DNA from: an uncultured Alphaproteobacteria bacterium
GTDB lineage: Bacteria > Pseudomonadota > Alphaproteobacteria > Rhizobiales > Xanthobacteraceae
Direction: 5' to 3'
DNA length: 64,000 bases
Assembly (NCBI GenBank): GCA_963821975.1
Contig: CAWGFV010000006.1
Coordinates: 38,392 to 102,391, forward strand
The translations under genes were made by a program, and so were the position numbers. Numbering within the stretch: the first letter of the stretch is position 1; every line of letters starts with the position of its first letter. A model generated the notes under the pieces. That model worked only from the letters and a program-made list of their open reading frames with translations. It was not told the origin of the DNA and did no database searches. Shown here one piece after another: positions 40,033 through 47,785 of this stretch.

Positions 40033-41698
40033 GTGTAAAAACACATCGCGGAAATTGATTCTCGCGATAAGATTCTCACGCGATTTGCGGGAGGATCCGA
40101 TGAGGCGCTTCGTTGAAGGGGCGGATCGTGGTCAGAGCACGCTGTTTCCTGAATGTCTGGAAGACTGGATCGGAGAGGACAATCCGGTTCGCGTCATAGA
40201 CGTCTTTGTCGATGAACTCGCTCTTGATGAGGTTGGATTTTGCGGGGTCGAACCCGAGGTAACCGGTCGACCTTCCTATCATCCGTCGGTGCTGCTGAAG
40301 CTCTACATCTACGGCTATCTCAACCGGGTGCAGTCGAGCCGCCGGCTGGAGCGTGAGGCGGGGCGCAACGTTGAGGTGATGTGGCTGACGGGACGGCTCG
40401 CTCCCGACCACAAGACGATTGCCGACTTCCGCAAGGACAACGGCCGCGCGATCCGGCAGGTCTGCGCCCGGTTTGTTGCGCTCTGCCGCACTTTGGGCCT
40501 ACTCACGCAAGCCAGCGTCGCGATCGACGGCAGTAAGTTCAAGGCGGTGAACAACCGCGACAAGAACTTCACGCGGGCCAAGATGGAGCGGCGCATGGCG
40601 CAGATTGAGGAGAGCGTCGCGCGTTATCTGCAGCAGCTCGACAGCGCCGACCGGCAGGAACCATCCGAGGCGCTCAAAACCAAGACCAGCCGTCTGAAAG
40701 AGAAGATCGAGAAACTGAAGGAGCAGATGCAGCGGCTTGAGATTCTCAAGGTAACTATGCTTGCCACGCCGGACCAGCAGATCTCGCTGACCGATCCCGA
40801 TGCCCGCTCGATGGCGACCAGTGGCCGCGGCTCTGGCGTCGTGGGCTACAACGTCCAGGTTGCCGTCGACACCACACATCATCTGATTATCACGCATAAG
40901 GTGACCAACGTCGGGACCGACCGGTCGCAGCTCTCACCTGTGGCCAAAGAGGCGAAGGCGACGCTGGAAGTGGAGAACCTCGATGCCGTCGCCGACCGCG
41001 GCTACTTCAGCAGTGCGGAGATTCTGGCGTGCGAGGAAGCGGGTATCACAATCACGCTGCCCAAGCCGATGACCTCGAACTCAAAGGCAGAAGGGCGCTT
41101 CGGCAAGCAGGACTTTCGCTATCTGGCTGAGGAGGACGTTTACATGTGTCCTGCCGGCGAGAAGCTTGCCTACCACTACACGGTCGAGGAAAAAGGGCTG
41201 ATTCTGCATCGCTACTGGACTAACGCTTGCCAGGATTGCGCCATCAAAAATGCCTGCACCACCGGCAAGGAACGCCGGATCACCCGATGGGAGCATGAGC
41301 GTGTTCTTGAGGCGGTGCAACGCCGGCTCGACGAGCATCCGGAGAAAATGCGCCTGCGGCGCGAGACGGTCGAGCATCCCTTCGGCACGATCAAGGCGCG
41401 GATGGGCGCAACCCACTTCCTGATGAAGACGCTGCCGCGCGTGGCCACCGAAATGGCGCTGCACGTGCTGGCCTATAATCTCACGCGCGTCATGAACATC
41501 ATCGGCATCCAACCGCTCATGGCGGCCATGAGGGCATAATCGCCACAGACACGAAGCCGTCTGCCATCAGAGGATCGCCGCAATCCGCATCAGCCGCGTC
41601 TACAGTCGGAAAAGCCGTCAAATCCAAAAAATGACCACGCACGGCCACATCGCCGATGTCTCAAGGCGTCAATGCTTCCGCCAAGGCGTTTTTACACG
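40033..41698 (+). mobile_element. IS1182-family insertion sequence (about 1.67 kb)
   Basis: Terminal inverted repeats GTGTAAAAAC (40033-40042) and GTTTTTACAC (41689-41698), with extended imperfect matches (GCGGAA, TTGA), bracket a single transposase gene. Confidence 0.7.
40100..41539 (+). CDS. IS1182-family (IS5-like) DDE transposase
   Basis: MRRFVEGADRGQSTLFPECLEDWIGEDNPVRVIDVFVDEL..., coiled-coil middle, C-terminal HPFGTIK...LMKTL. Confidence 0.85.
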   Translation: MRRFVEGADRGQSTLFPECLEDWIGEDNPVRVIDVFVDELALDEVGFCGVEPEVTGRPSYHPSVLLKLYIYGYLNRVQSSRRLEREAGRNVEVMWLTGRLAPDHKTIADFRKDNGRAIRQVCARFVALCRTLGLLTQASVAIDGSKFKAVNNRDKNFTRAKMERRMAQIEESVARYLQQLDSADRQEPSEALKTKTSRLKEKIEKLKEQMQRLEILKVTMLATPDQQISLTDPDARSMATSGRGSGVVGYNVQVAVDTTHHLIITHKVTNVGTDRSQLSPVAKEAKATLEVENLDAVADRGYFSSAEILACEEAGITITLPKPMTSNSKAEGRFGKQDFRYLAEEDVYMCPAGEKLAYHYTVEEKGLILHRYWTNACQDCAIKNACTTGKERRITRWEHERVLEAVQRRLDEHPEKMRLRRETVEHPFGTIKARMGATHFLMKTLPRVATEMALHVLAYNLTRVMNIIGIQPLMAAMRA

Positions 41699-41797
41699 AC
41701 CAAGACCCCGAGCCGACATTGGCTGTGCACTGCTGTAGGTCCTACGCGGCGGTGAATTTGAAAGGCCCGCCGCCTTACCCGAGATTAGCTCGATGAT

Positions 41798-41934
41798 ACA
41801 ATTGGTTGGCTGACGTTGCATAAACATCACGCCCTAAGATCAATTATACAGAATATGCCAAGCCCCGCTGTGCCTAGCTGCTCCGGTTTGCTAAAAGTAG
41901 ATAATTGCAAAATTACTTCGCTTGGGGGATATGC
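41798..41934 (+). promoter_or_regulatory. conserved 137-nt leader/promoter of porin paralog 1
   Basis: ACAATTGGTTGGCT..CATAAACATCACG..GCCCCGCT..TTTGCTA blocks are shared with 54812-54948 at the identical distance (137 nt) from the ATG. Confidence 0.5.
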
Positions 41935-42792
41935 ATGCGTCGCATTCATTGTGTAGCGCTCGGCACTGTTGCCATTTTCGGTTTTGCTTCGGTGGCTTCC
42001 GCCGCTGACTTGCCGATCAAAGCGCCGATGTACACAAAGGCGCCGGTCATAGCGCCCGTCACAAACTGGCAAGGTTTCTATGTCGGCGGTAACGTTGGCT
42101 ATGGATGGGATCCCGCCAGCGCCACTTTCAATCCGACAACTTATGTCACAACAGTTCTCGCGGGTACTACTCCAACTTTTACGGATACTGGACCTGACAG
42201 CGGCCCAGTGGCGCTTTCCGTGCACCCCAAAGGTTGGCTCGGTGGCGGCCAACTGGGATACAACTGGCAACAGAACTCAGTGGTGTATGGGCTAGAGGCC
42301 GACATCGACTGGAGCGGCATGCAAGATTCAGCGTCCGCGCCATGGTTCGTCAATGGATCGCAGCCCGACAATGTCTTTATAAGAGGCCAAATTAATCTGA
42401 AGCAGCAACTTGATTATTTTGGCACGCTGCGTGGCCGTTTGGGATGGGCCAATGATAGCCTGCTCCTCTACGGCACCGGTGGACTTGCTTGGGGGCATGT
42501 TACGACAACATTCAATGTTTCCAATGTTACGGAACCGACCTTGGCGTTGACCAGTCAACAGCTTGCGGCCTTGCAAAATGGCGGTTACGCGCAGACTAGT
42601 CAGCTTCGCTGGGGCTTTGCGCTAGGTGCCGGGCTAGAGTGGATGGTTGCACACAACTGGAGCGTCAAAGCTGAATATCTGTTTATTGACCTCGGAGACG
42701 GCAGCACGCTTACAATCCCGGGCGGCTCCGCACAATCGAATTTAACTTCGATGCAGGTCGCACGGGTTGGTCTAAATTACCTCTTCCACTAA
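41935..42792 (+). CDS. outer-membrane beta-barrel porin (Omp25/Omp31/RopB-like family)
   Basis: Signal peptide ...FGFASVASAADLP, KAPMYTKAP..NWQGFYVGGNVGYGW, C-terminal VGLNYLFH. Confidence 0.8.
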   Translation: MRRIHCVALGTVAIFGFASVASAADLPIKAPMYTKAPVIAPVTNWQGFYVGGNVGYGWDPASATFNPTTYVTTVLAGTTPTFTDTGPDSGPVALSVHPKGWLGGGQLGYNWQQNSVVYGLEADIDWSGMQDSASAPWFVNGSQPDNVFIRGQINLKQQLDYFGTLRGRLGWANDSLLLYGTGGLAWGHVTTTFNVSNVTEPTLALTSQQLAALQNGGYAQTSQLRWGFALGAGLEWMVAHNWSVKAEYLFIDLGDGSTLTIPGGSAQSNLTSMQVARVGLNYLFH

Positions 42793-43109
42793 TGACACCT
42801 CCGCGCGCGCCGGACGCATTCAGATCGACTAAGCCCTGATCGGATATCGGAAGGACCGCCGCGTGGCGGTCTTTCTTTTTGTGCTGATTGTGTTGCAATG
42901 CGTTTGGTCGCTAATGGCACTTCGCTGCATTCGCCGCGACGCACAATTTTGGTCGCTAATGCGCGCACGTCATGCACATCGCGCATTTGCGTCGCCCACG
43001 TCTGGCCGGCGATTGCAGCAGCCAGATCCCTGCCGAGCGCGCCGCGCGCAACCGCCATCGCGGCCTCGGCCTCCCGCAGCCGCAGCTGATACGAAGTTTC
43101 AATCGTCAC
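42789..43109 (-). CDS. hypothetical protein (C-terminus probably corrupted by repeat copy E)
   Basis: GTG start at 43109 preceded by GAGGAG at 6 nt. Only the first 55 aa or so look protein-like. The ORF then reads through the repeat and terminator and overlaps the porin stop. Confidence 0.25.
   Translation of the reverse strand: MTIETSYQLRLREAEAAMAVARGALGRDLAAAIAGQTWATQMRDVHDVRALATKIVRRGECSEVPLATKRIATQSAQKERPPRGGPSDIRSGLSRSECVRRARRCH
42854..42880 (+). terminator. rho-independent terminator after porin 1
   Basis: GACCGCC gcgt GGCGGTC followed by TTTCTTTTT. Confidence 0.6.
42906..42965 (+). repeat. REP/MITE-like dispersed repeat, copy E
   Basis: GGTCGCTAATGGCACTTCGCTGCATTCGCCGCGACGCACAATTTTGGTCGCTAATG. 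Confidence 0.5.
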
Positions 43110-43551
43110 TGTGATCTCCTCTGTGTTGGTGTGCAGTAGACAACTCCGGACGTAGTGAAAAAATTTTGTGCATCAATAGGGGCGAGACACCGTCGTTCGC
43201 AGCGGGCGTCTGGTCGGGGGGGTGAAAGGTGCGTCGTCGGCCGCCTAGTGGATGGCCCCGGTACGGGCTGGGGAAGCCCGCACAGGGGCAACGACCCCTC
43301 TTGGCGGGTTTCCTGGAGCTCCCCGACGTCTCGGCCCGCCGACGCCTTCGCCGACGCCCTAATTCGGCTCGGGCATGAATTCGAGCGCCCGTCCGCCGGG
43401 CAGCCGTGCCCGCTGGTTGCTTGGCGGCAGGTCGAGGGATCGTCGATCTCCACATCGCATAACCCGAGCCGGCCTGGACCTTTTGGAGTTTGCAGGTTCG
43501 CGACTTAGCTTGCCTCGGTGCGGCCGAGGAGCGGTCGAACAACGGGAACAG

Positions 43552-43606
43552 CGTGAGCCAAGATCGGCAGGAAGCGTGAGCCAATCAGCCGGAAAACGTG
43601 AGCCAA
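43552..43606 (+). repeat. three direct iterons CGTGAGCCAA spaced 23 and 22 bp, abutting the recombinase RBS
   Basis: Copies at 43552-43561, 43575-43584 and 43597-43606, each preceded by GGAA(N0-2). GGAG RBS at 43610 and ATG at 43621. Confidence 0.6.
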
Positions 43607-43620
43607 GACGGAGACAAGCC

Positions 43621-44664
43621 ATGACGAAGAGCAACCAGACTTATGAGCGCTACAACGACGAGGCCGCCTTTACGATCAACCAATTCATTCATGAGTCTGA
43701 TCGTGATGATCTTCCAGACCTTGACACGCCGGATCTGACGATTGCGGCAACGCAATGGGTCCTCGATCAGCGCGCCCGATGGGCAAAATCGTATGTGACG
43801 CTGAAGTGCCTGGCCATGGCGCAACGCGTGCAAGTTCTTACCGTCTGCGGTCTTATACCGGAGGCAAGCGGCGAAAAATTGCTGCACGCGCTGAAAGAAG
43901 AGCGACCGCGGCCGGTCGGCCCGAATGATGCAGTGCATCCAAAAAAGCGCCAACAACAAAAACCCAGCCGTTCTGTCCGCAACCGGACATTGCGCAAAGT
44001 TATCGCAAGCCTTTCCGGTGATGACGACGAATTCAATGTGTGGATCGCGGGCTCGCTGCGGATAGGAAGCCGCAACGGATGGCGGCCGTGCGAACAGTTC
44101 GGTATGCGACTGGACGGAAATATCTTGTCGGGCCCGGCGGAAAAATTCAGCAGGGTAGACACTGAAGATACGGAAAATACGGAAGCTTCTAAAAAAAAGA
44201 TCGGCGGGCCTCACGATCGGGGTCTATTCGAGCGCTTAGAGATCGTCGTCGGCGAACGCTATCCGAAGAAAATAATCACTGCGCTACGCGAGTGGATTGC
44301 GCGCGCACCGCATTGGCTGCAGGTCTACGGAGGCAGCGAAGCGCTGTTGGCGGCAATGCGCGAGCGGATCAACCGAGCGTGCGAGCGCGAGGGTGTCAAG
44401 GCGTTTCCGCCCTACGCGCTGCGCCATTTCGCGATCGCGTCGATGAAGCGTTCCGGCCGCAGCAAGGCGGAAATAGCCGCCGTCGTCAATCATCTGTCCG
44501 ATCGAACGGCTGGCGAGAACTACCGTAGGGGAACAAGCGGCATCCGGCGCCCGCGCGCAATGTTTTCCGTCGCACCGGCCCGTATCGCCGAGGTGCGCAA
44601 GTCGAAGCGCTCATTCGCCGAAAGCCGCTTGCGTCGGGAAAGAGGCCGTAAGCCGGTGCAATAA
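43621..44664 (+). CDS. divergent tyrosine recombinase/integrase
   Basis: C-terminal NGWRPCE (Arg I context), YALRHFAIAS (box II with Tyr in place of the first His), NHLSDRTAGENYRRG (His/Tyr nucleophile context). The N-terminal 200 aa is unrecognised. Confidence 0.6.
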   Translation: MTKSNQTYERYNDEAAFTINQFIHESDRDDLPDLDTPDLTIAATQWVLDQRARWAKSYVTLKCLAMAQRVQVLTVCGLIPEASGEKLLHALKEERPRPVGPNDAVHPKKRQQQKPSRSVRNRTLRKVIASLSGDDDEFNVWIAGSLRIGSRNGWRPCEQFGMRLDGNILSGPAEKFSRVDTEDTENTEASKKKIGGPHDRGLFERLEIVVGERYPKKIITALREWIARAPHWLQVYGGSEALLAAMRERINRACEREGVKAFPPYALRHFAIASMKRSGRSKAEIAAVVNHLSDRTAGENYRRGTSGIRRPRAMFSVAPARIAEVRKSKRSFAESRLRRERGRKPVQ

Positions 44665-45466
44665 TCGAGTGACCTTTAAATTTCTGAAGCTGAATAGGAA
44701 ATGCTGGCATTGGCCGGGGGAGCGGATAACCTTTATCTCGTAATAATATATCATTTATCGTTTCGGGAGTGATCGCCCTATCTGTTCGCTCGAAATTCAT
44801 TACAGGCCGCAATCAAAAACAGAGCGAAAGTTTCTGACAGTTTTAATCTTGTCGCTCGTCTATTACGTACTGCGAAATAAGGCACAAGAATTGCGAATGG
44901 CGATGGCCGAGCGCCGGTTTCGCAATAGCGAAGAAAAAGAAGCGCTTAAGCCATCCCCGGCCCATGTGACGTCCACTGTTCGACACGGCCTGTGGCACAT
45001 TCTTTACGACCGCCGCTAACTTATTTTACTTGGAGGGGTTAGGAAACCGACGACGTTAGACGCAATCATTGTAATTAATTATCGAAATTCGCTTAGTAGC
45101 TACGCTTGAACCTTTCCTCGCCATTCTTCGGCTTCCTCAGGGTATGGGATTATTTGGCTGCCACGTCGCAAAAGTGGCCCCGCGTATCAATTTGATGACG
45201 AGGTCCGGCTCGACTACTACCGTCCCGGCAACAGCCTCAACAATTCTTGGTGTGAATGTTTGGTGACGATCGTTGTTGCGCCGCGACAATTATCTCCTAA
45301 ACGGCCAGATTGGCGCCTGAAACCGCAAAAAAGGACGACCCGGTGCCAAACCGCCATTCAGCGCGACCACGAAAGGCCTTACGGTGGGAACTGTTATTGT
45401 TTTCGCCGCGCGATTGTTGAATTGGAGTAATCACCTGGACATTGGACAACAGAGAATTCCAAGCGG

Positions 45467-45516
45467 TAAATTCGCGAACTGAGATAATCGATCTCGCCTT
45501 TTGCGCCGTACAAACG
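45467..45516. repeat. 50-bp repeat, copy 1 (46/50 identical to 56464-56513)
   Basis: TAAATTCGCGAACTGAGATAATCGATCTCGCCTTTTGCGCCGTACAAACG. Lies about 40-90 nt past the stop of the minus-strand sulfotransferase gene. Confidence 0.6.
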
Positions 45517-45554
45517 CAATAACGCTCCTTCGCCCACGCTAAAAAGTATTTTCT

Positions 45555-47402
45555 CTAGCCACCTGCGGCACCGTTGACAAATCCCGCAGCGGAAGGATTA
45601 AGCTCCGCAACGAGCGGGGCGAGAAACTGCGTGTAAACGCGGCCGCGTCCGACCGCGTTGTTATAAATCGGTTGGCGCACTTGCGCCGCGCTGGCGGTGC
45701 GAACTGGTCGCTCCGTTTGATGAAAGGCTAGGCAACGCGCATCCCAGTCGAGCCCGCAATGGGCAATAATGCGCCTTGCTTGGCCTTCCAGGTCGGCCAC
45801 CACGTCTTCATATCGGACGTCGAGAATGCGACCGGGCGGCAACACACGATGCCAATGCTCCATCAATGCTTGGTAATGTCGATAATACCGGCCAAGTTCG
45901 GCTAAATCGAAAGTGTGGCTTTGTTCCTCCGTAAACAACTTCGAGAAGCAGGAAATGCAGGTATCAACCGGGTCGCGGACTGTATGGATAATCGGCGCAT
46001 TCGGCAGCGCCAAATGGATAAGGCCCGCGAACATGAAATTTATAGGTGCCTTGTCTGTTATATGTCGGGCGCCAGGGGCGAGCCGTTCGATTTCGGCAAG
46101 ATAGCGGGTGCCGAGGTCGCGGTAATCCTCACCAGTCAAGGCTGACAGCGCCTCCGGCGAGGTTGCCCGACCGTTTGTTTTCGTTCGGAGTTCTTGTACG
46201 GCCAACGGAAAATACGCCAACTCGCCGCCACCGAACACTTGCGGATGGCTGGCAAGAATCTGCTCGACCAGCGTTGAACCCGAACGCATCATCCCGACGA
46301 TGAACATCGGAAGCGAGGACGGGTTACCGACATTTTGCCACTTCCGGATCAAATCGGCCGTGAATTCTGCCCGGGCGCCGTCCATCACTCCAAGCCTTAC
46401 GGCTTCGTTATAGATAATTTCCCGGCGCTTGAGTGCATTGCCGTCCAGCCATTGTCGAAAAGCTTCCGCGTACCTGCCCACATCGTCATAGGCTTTGGCT
46501 AAAGCGAAATGCAGCTCGATTCGCTCGCTGACAGAAAACGAAACACTGTCCTCCGCCAACCGTTCCATTTCCGTCAGACGATGGTCTCCGGCAACGAAAC
46601 GCGTGATGTCGGCAAGATTGCGTCGATATCTTGGGTTGCGTGGCGCCAACCGAATGGCCCGTTCCAAAGCCGAGCGAGCTTCCGGCAAGCGCCCGAGTTG
46701 TTGCAATGCCATGGCGAGGTTGTTTTGCGCAATGGCGAAATCTGGCTTTAGAGCGATGGCTTGCCGACTCGCAGCGACCGCCTCATCGAGTTTTCCTTGA
46801 TCGAATAGCACCGCGCCGAGGTTGCAATAGGCATCGGCGTAGTCAGGTTTGATGAGGATGACTTTGCAATACGCCGCACGCGCCTCGTCGAGCTTGCACT
46901 GCTTTTTTAGCGTATTGCCGAGGTTGTAATAGGCTTCGGCATAATCTGGTTTGATTTGGATGGCTTGGTGATAGGCGGCCATCGCCTGGTCGAGTTTGCC
47001 TTGGTCGTAGAACACCACACCAAGGCTGCAAAAATACGTCGCAGTCTGTCCATTCTGCTTTATGGCTTGGTGGATCAATTCGACGGCCCGGTTTTGCCGC
47101 CCGCGCTGATGAGCGATCAAACCGAGCATGTGTAGAGTATCGGCGTGGTCTGGTTGGGCTGCGAGGACGCGCCGGTAACACGCCTCTGCCTCTGCCAAGC
47201 GTCCAGCCCGATGGTGTGAAAGCCCGACCTTTAATAATTCGGCCACGTCCGGCAGGATGACACCCGTCGTGGCATCCGCAGGACGCCCGCTCGATGCCCG
47301 GCGAAGCCTGGAATTGGTACGGCGTTGTTGGCGATTCAGCGGAACCGAAGAAAGACCGGGCTGTTCCTGCTCGACGAAACGCAAAGGAGTTTTTTCGAGC
47401 AC
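45555..47402 (-). CDS. TPR-repeat-containing sulfotransferase family protein
   Basis: Six or more TPR units (AEAYYNLGNTL, ADAYCNLGAVL...), followed by the PAPS 5'-PSB motif FIVGMMRSGSTLVEQIL and the 3'-PB region. Confidence 0.8.
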   Translation of the reverse strand: MLEKTPLRFVEQEQPGLSSVPLNRQQRRTNSRLRRASSGRPADATTGVILPDVAELLKVGLSHHRAGRLAEAEACYRRVLAAQPDHADTLHMLGLIAHQRGRQNRAVELIHQAIKQNGQTATYFCSLGVVFYDQGKLDQAMAAYHQAIQIKPDYAEAYYNLGNTLKKQCKLDEARAAYCKVILIKPDYADAYCNLGAVLFDQGKLDEAVAASRQAIALKPDFAIAQNNLAMALQQLGRLPEARSALERAIRLAPRNPRYRRNLADITRFVAGDHRLTEMERLAEDSVSFSVSERIELHFALAKAYDDVGRYAEAFRQWLDGNALKRREIIYNEAVRLGVMDGARAEFTADLIRKWQNVGNPSSLPMFIVGMMRSGSTLVEQILASHPQVFGGGELAYFPLAVQELRTKTNGRATSPEALSALTGEDYRDLGTRYLAEIERLAPGARHITDKAPINFMFAGLIHLALPNAPIIHTVRDPVDTCISCFSKLFTEEQSHTFDLAELGRYYRHYQALMEHWHRVLPPGRILDVRYEDVVADLEGQARRIIAHCGLDWDARCLAFHQTERPVRTASAAQVRQPIYNNAVGRGRVYTQFLAPLVAELNPSAAGFVNGAAGG

Positions 47403-47521
47403 GAATCTGCTCCATCGCCGTATCGCCCGGCGACTATTGAATTGCGGAAACTCGTTAAGACCTGGTTAACCAAGCTTGGGCTTCCTAAAGCATGCCTGTA
47501 TCCGCGGAAAAGCATGCACTA

Positions 47522-47702
47522 GGCCCCCTCAATAGGCGGCCTCTCTCATTTCAAACCAAGTGCGCGATGTCGCTTAATGGCACTTGCGGCCTTTCAGACG
47601 CAAGCCCAGAACGGTCGCTCTTGGGTGCACAGCGGACAAACAGGGCTTTCGGCCTCGGCCAAATAGGCCGTCTTTGACCCAAAGCGGTCGGCGATGTCAT
47701 AC
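47522..47702 (+). repeat. REP/MITE-like dispersed repeat, copy A (full length)
   Basis: Degenerate hairpin GGCCCCC..GGCGGCC, then TCTCTCATTTCAAACCAAGTGCGCGATGTCGCTTAATGGCAC...GGTCGCTCTTGG..AGCGGACAAACAGG..GGCCAAATAGG..TTTGACCCAAAGCGG. Confidence 0.55.
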
Positions 47703-47785
47703 GGCCAACGAGTAAAGCGAGCCTTCTCGTTCCAATTTCGGGCCAACATTGTTATACAGATTCTTCATCAACTCACCTCCTCACA

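Noticed and set aside
43150-43550. Possibility that the GC-rich structured region is a tRNA/tmRNA gene serving as the integrase attachment site.
   Set aside because: I could not find a T-arm (GGTTCGA-type) with an acceptor stem, a CCA-proximal end, or an alanine-terminated tag reading frame. The only partial resemblance (CAGGTTCGCGAC) lacks complementary arms.
43552-43606. Direct repeats considered as a mini CRISPR array.
   Set aside because: The repeat core is only 10 bp with 12-13 bp spacers. There are only three units, no cas genes, and the repeats overlap an RBS. This is an iteron/operator pattern, not CRISPR.
43375-43620. N-terminal extension of the recombinase ORF back to ATG 43375.
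   Set aside because: The extra 82 aa are Arg/Ser/Gly-rich nonsense spanning the iterons. A GGAG RBS precedes ATG 43621.
44486-44812. 108-aa minus-strand ORF overlapping the 3' end of the recombinase gene.
   Set aside because: Its C-terminal half is antisense to well-supported recombinase codons and is Arg/Pro-rich. No RBS and no motifs.
47325-47522. 65-aa plus-strand ORF ending right before repeat copy A.
   Set aside because: It overlaps the 5' end of the sulfotransferase gene on the opposite strand. It has no RBS or family similarity. Its placement before the hairpin is likely coincidental.
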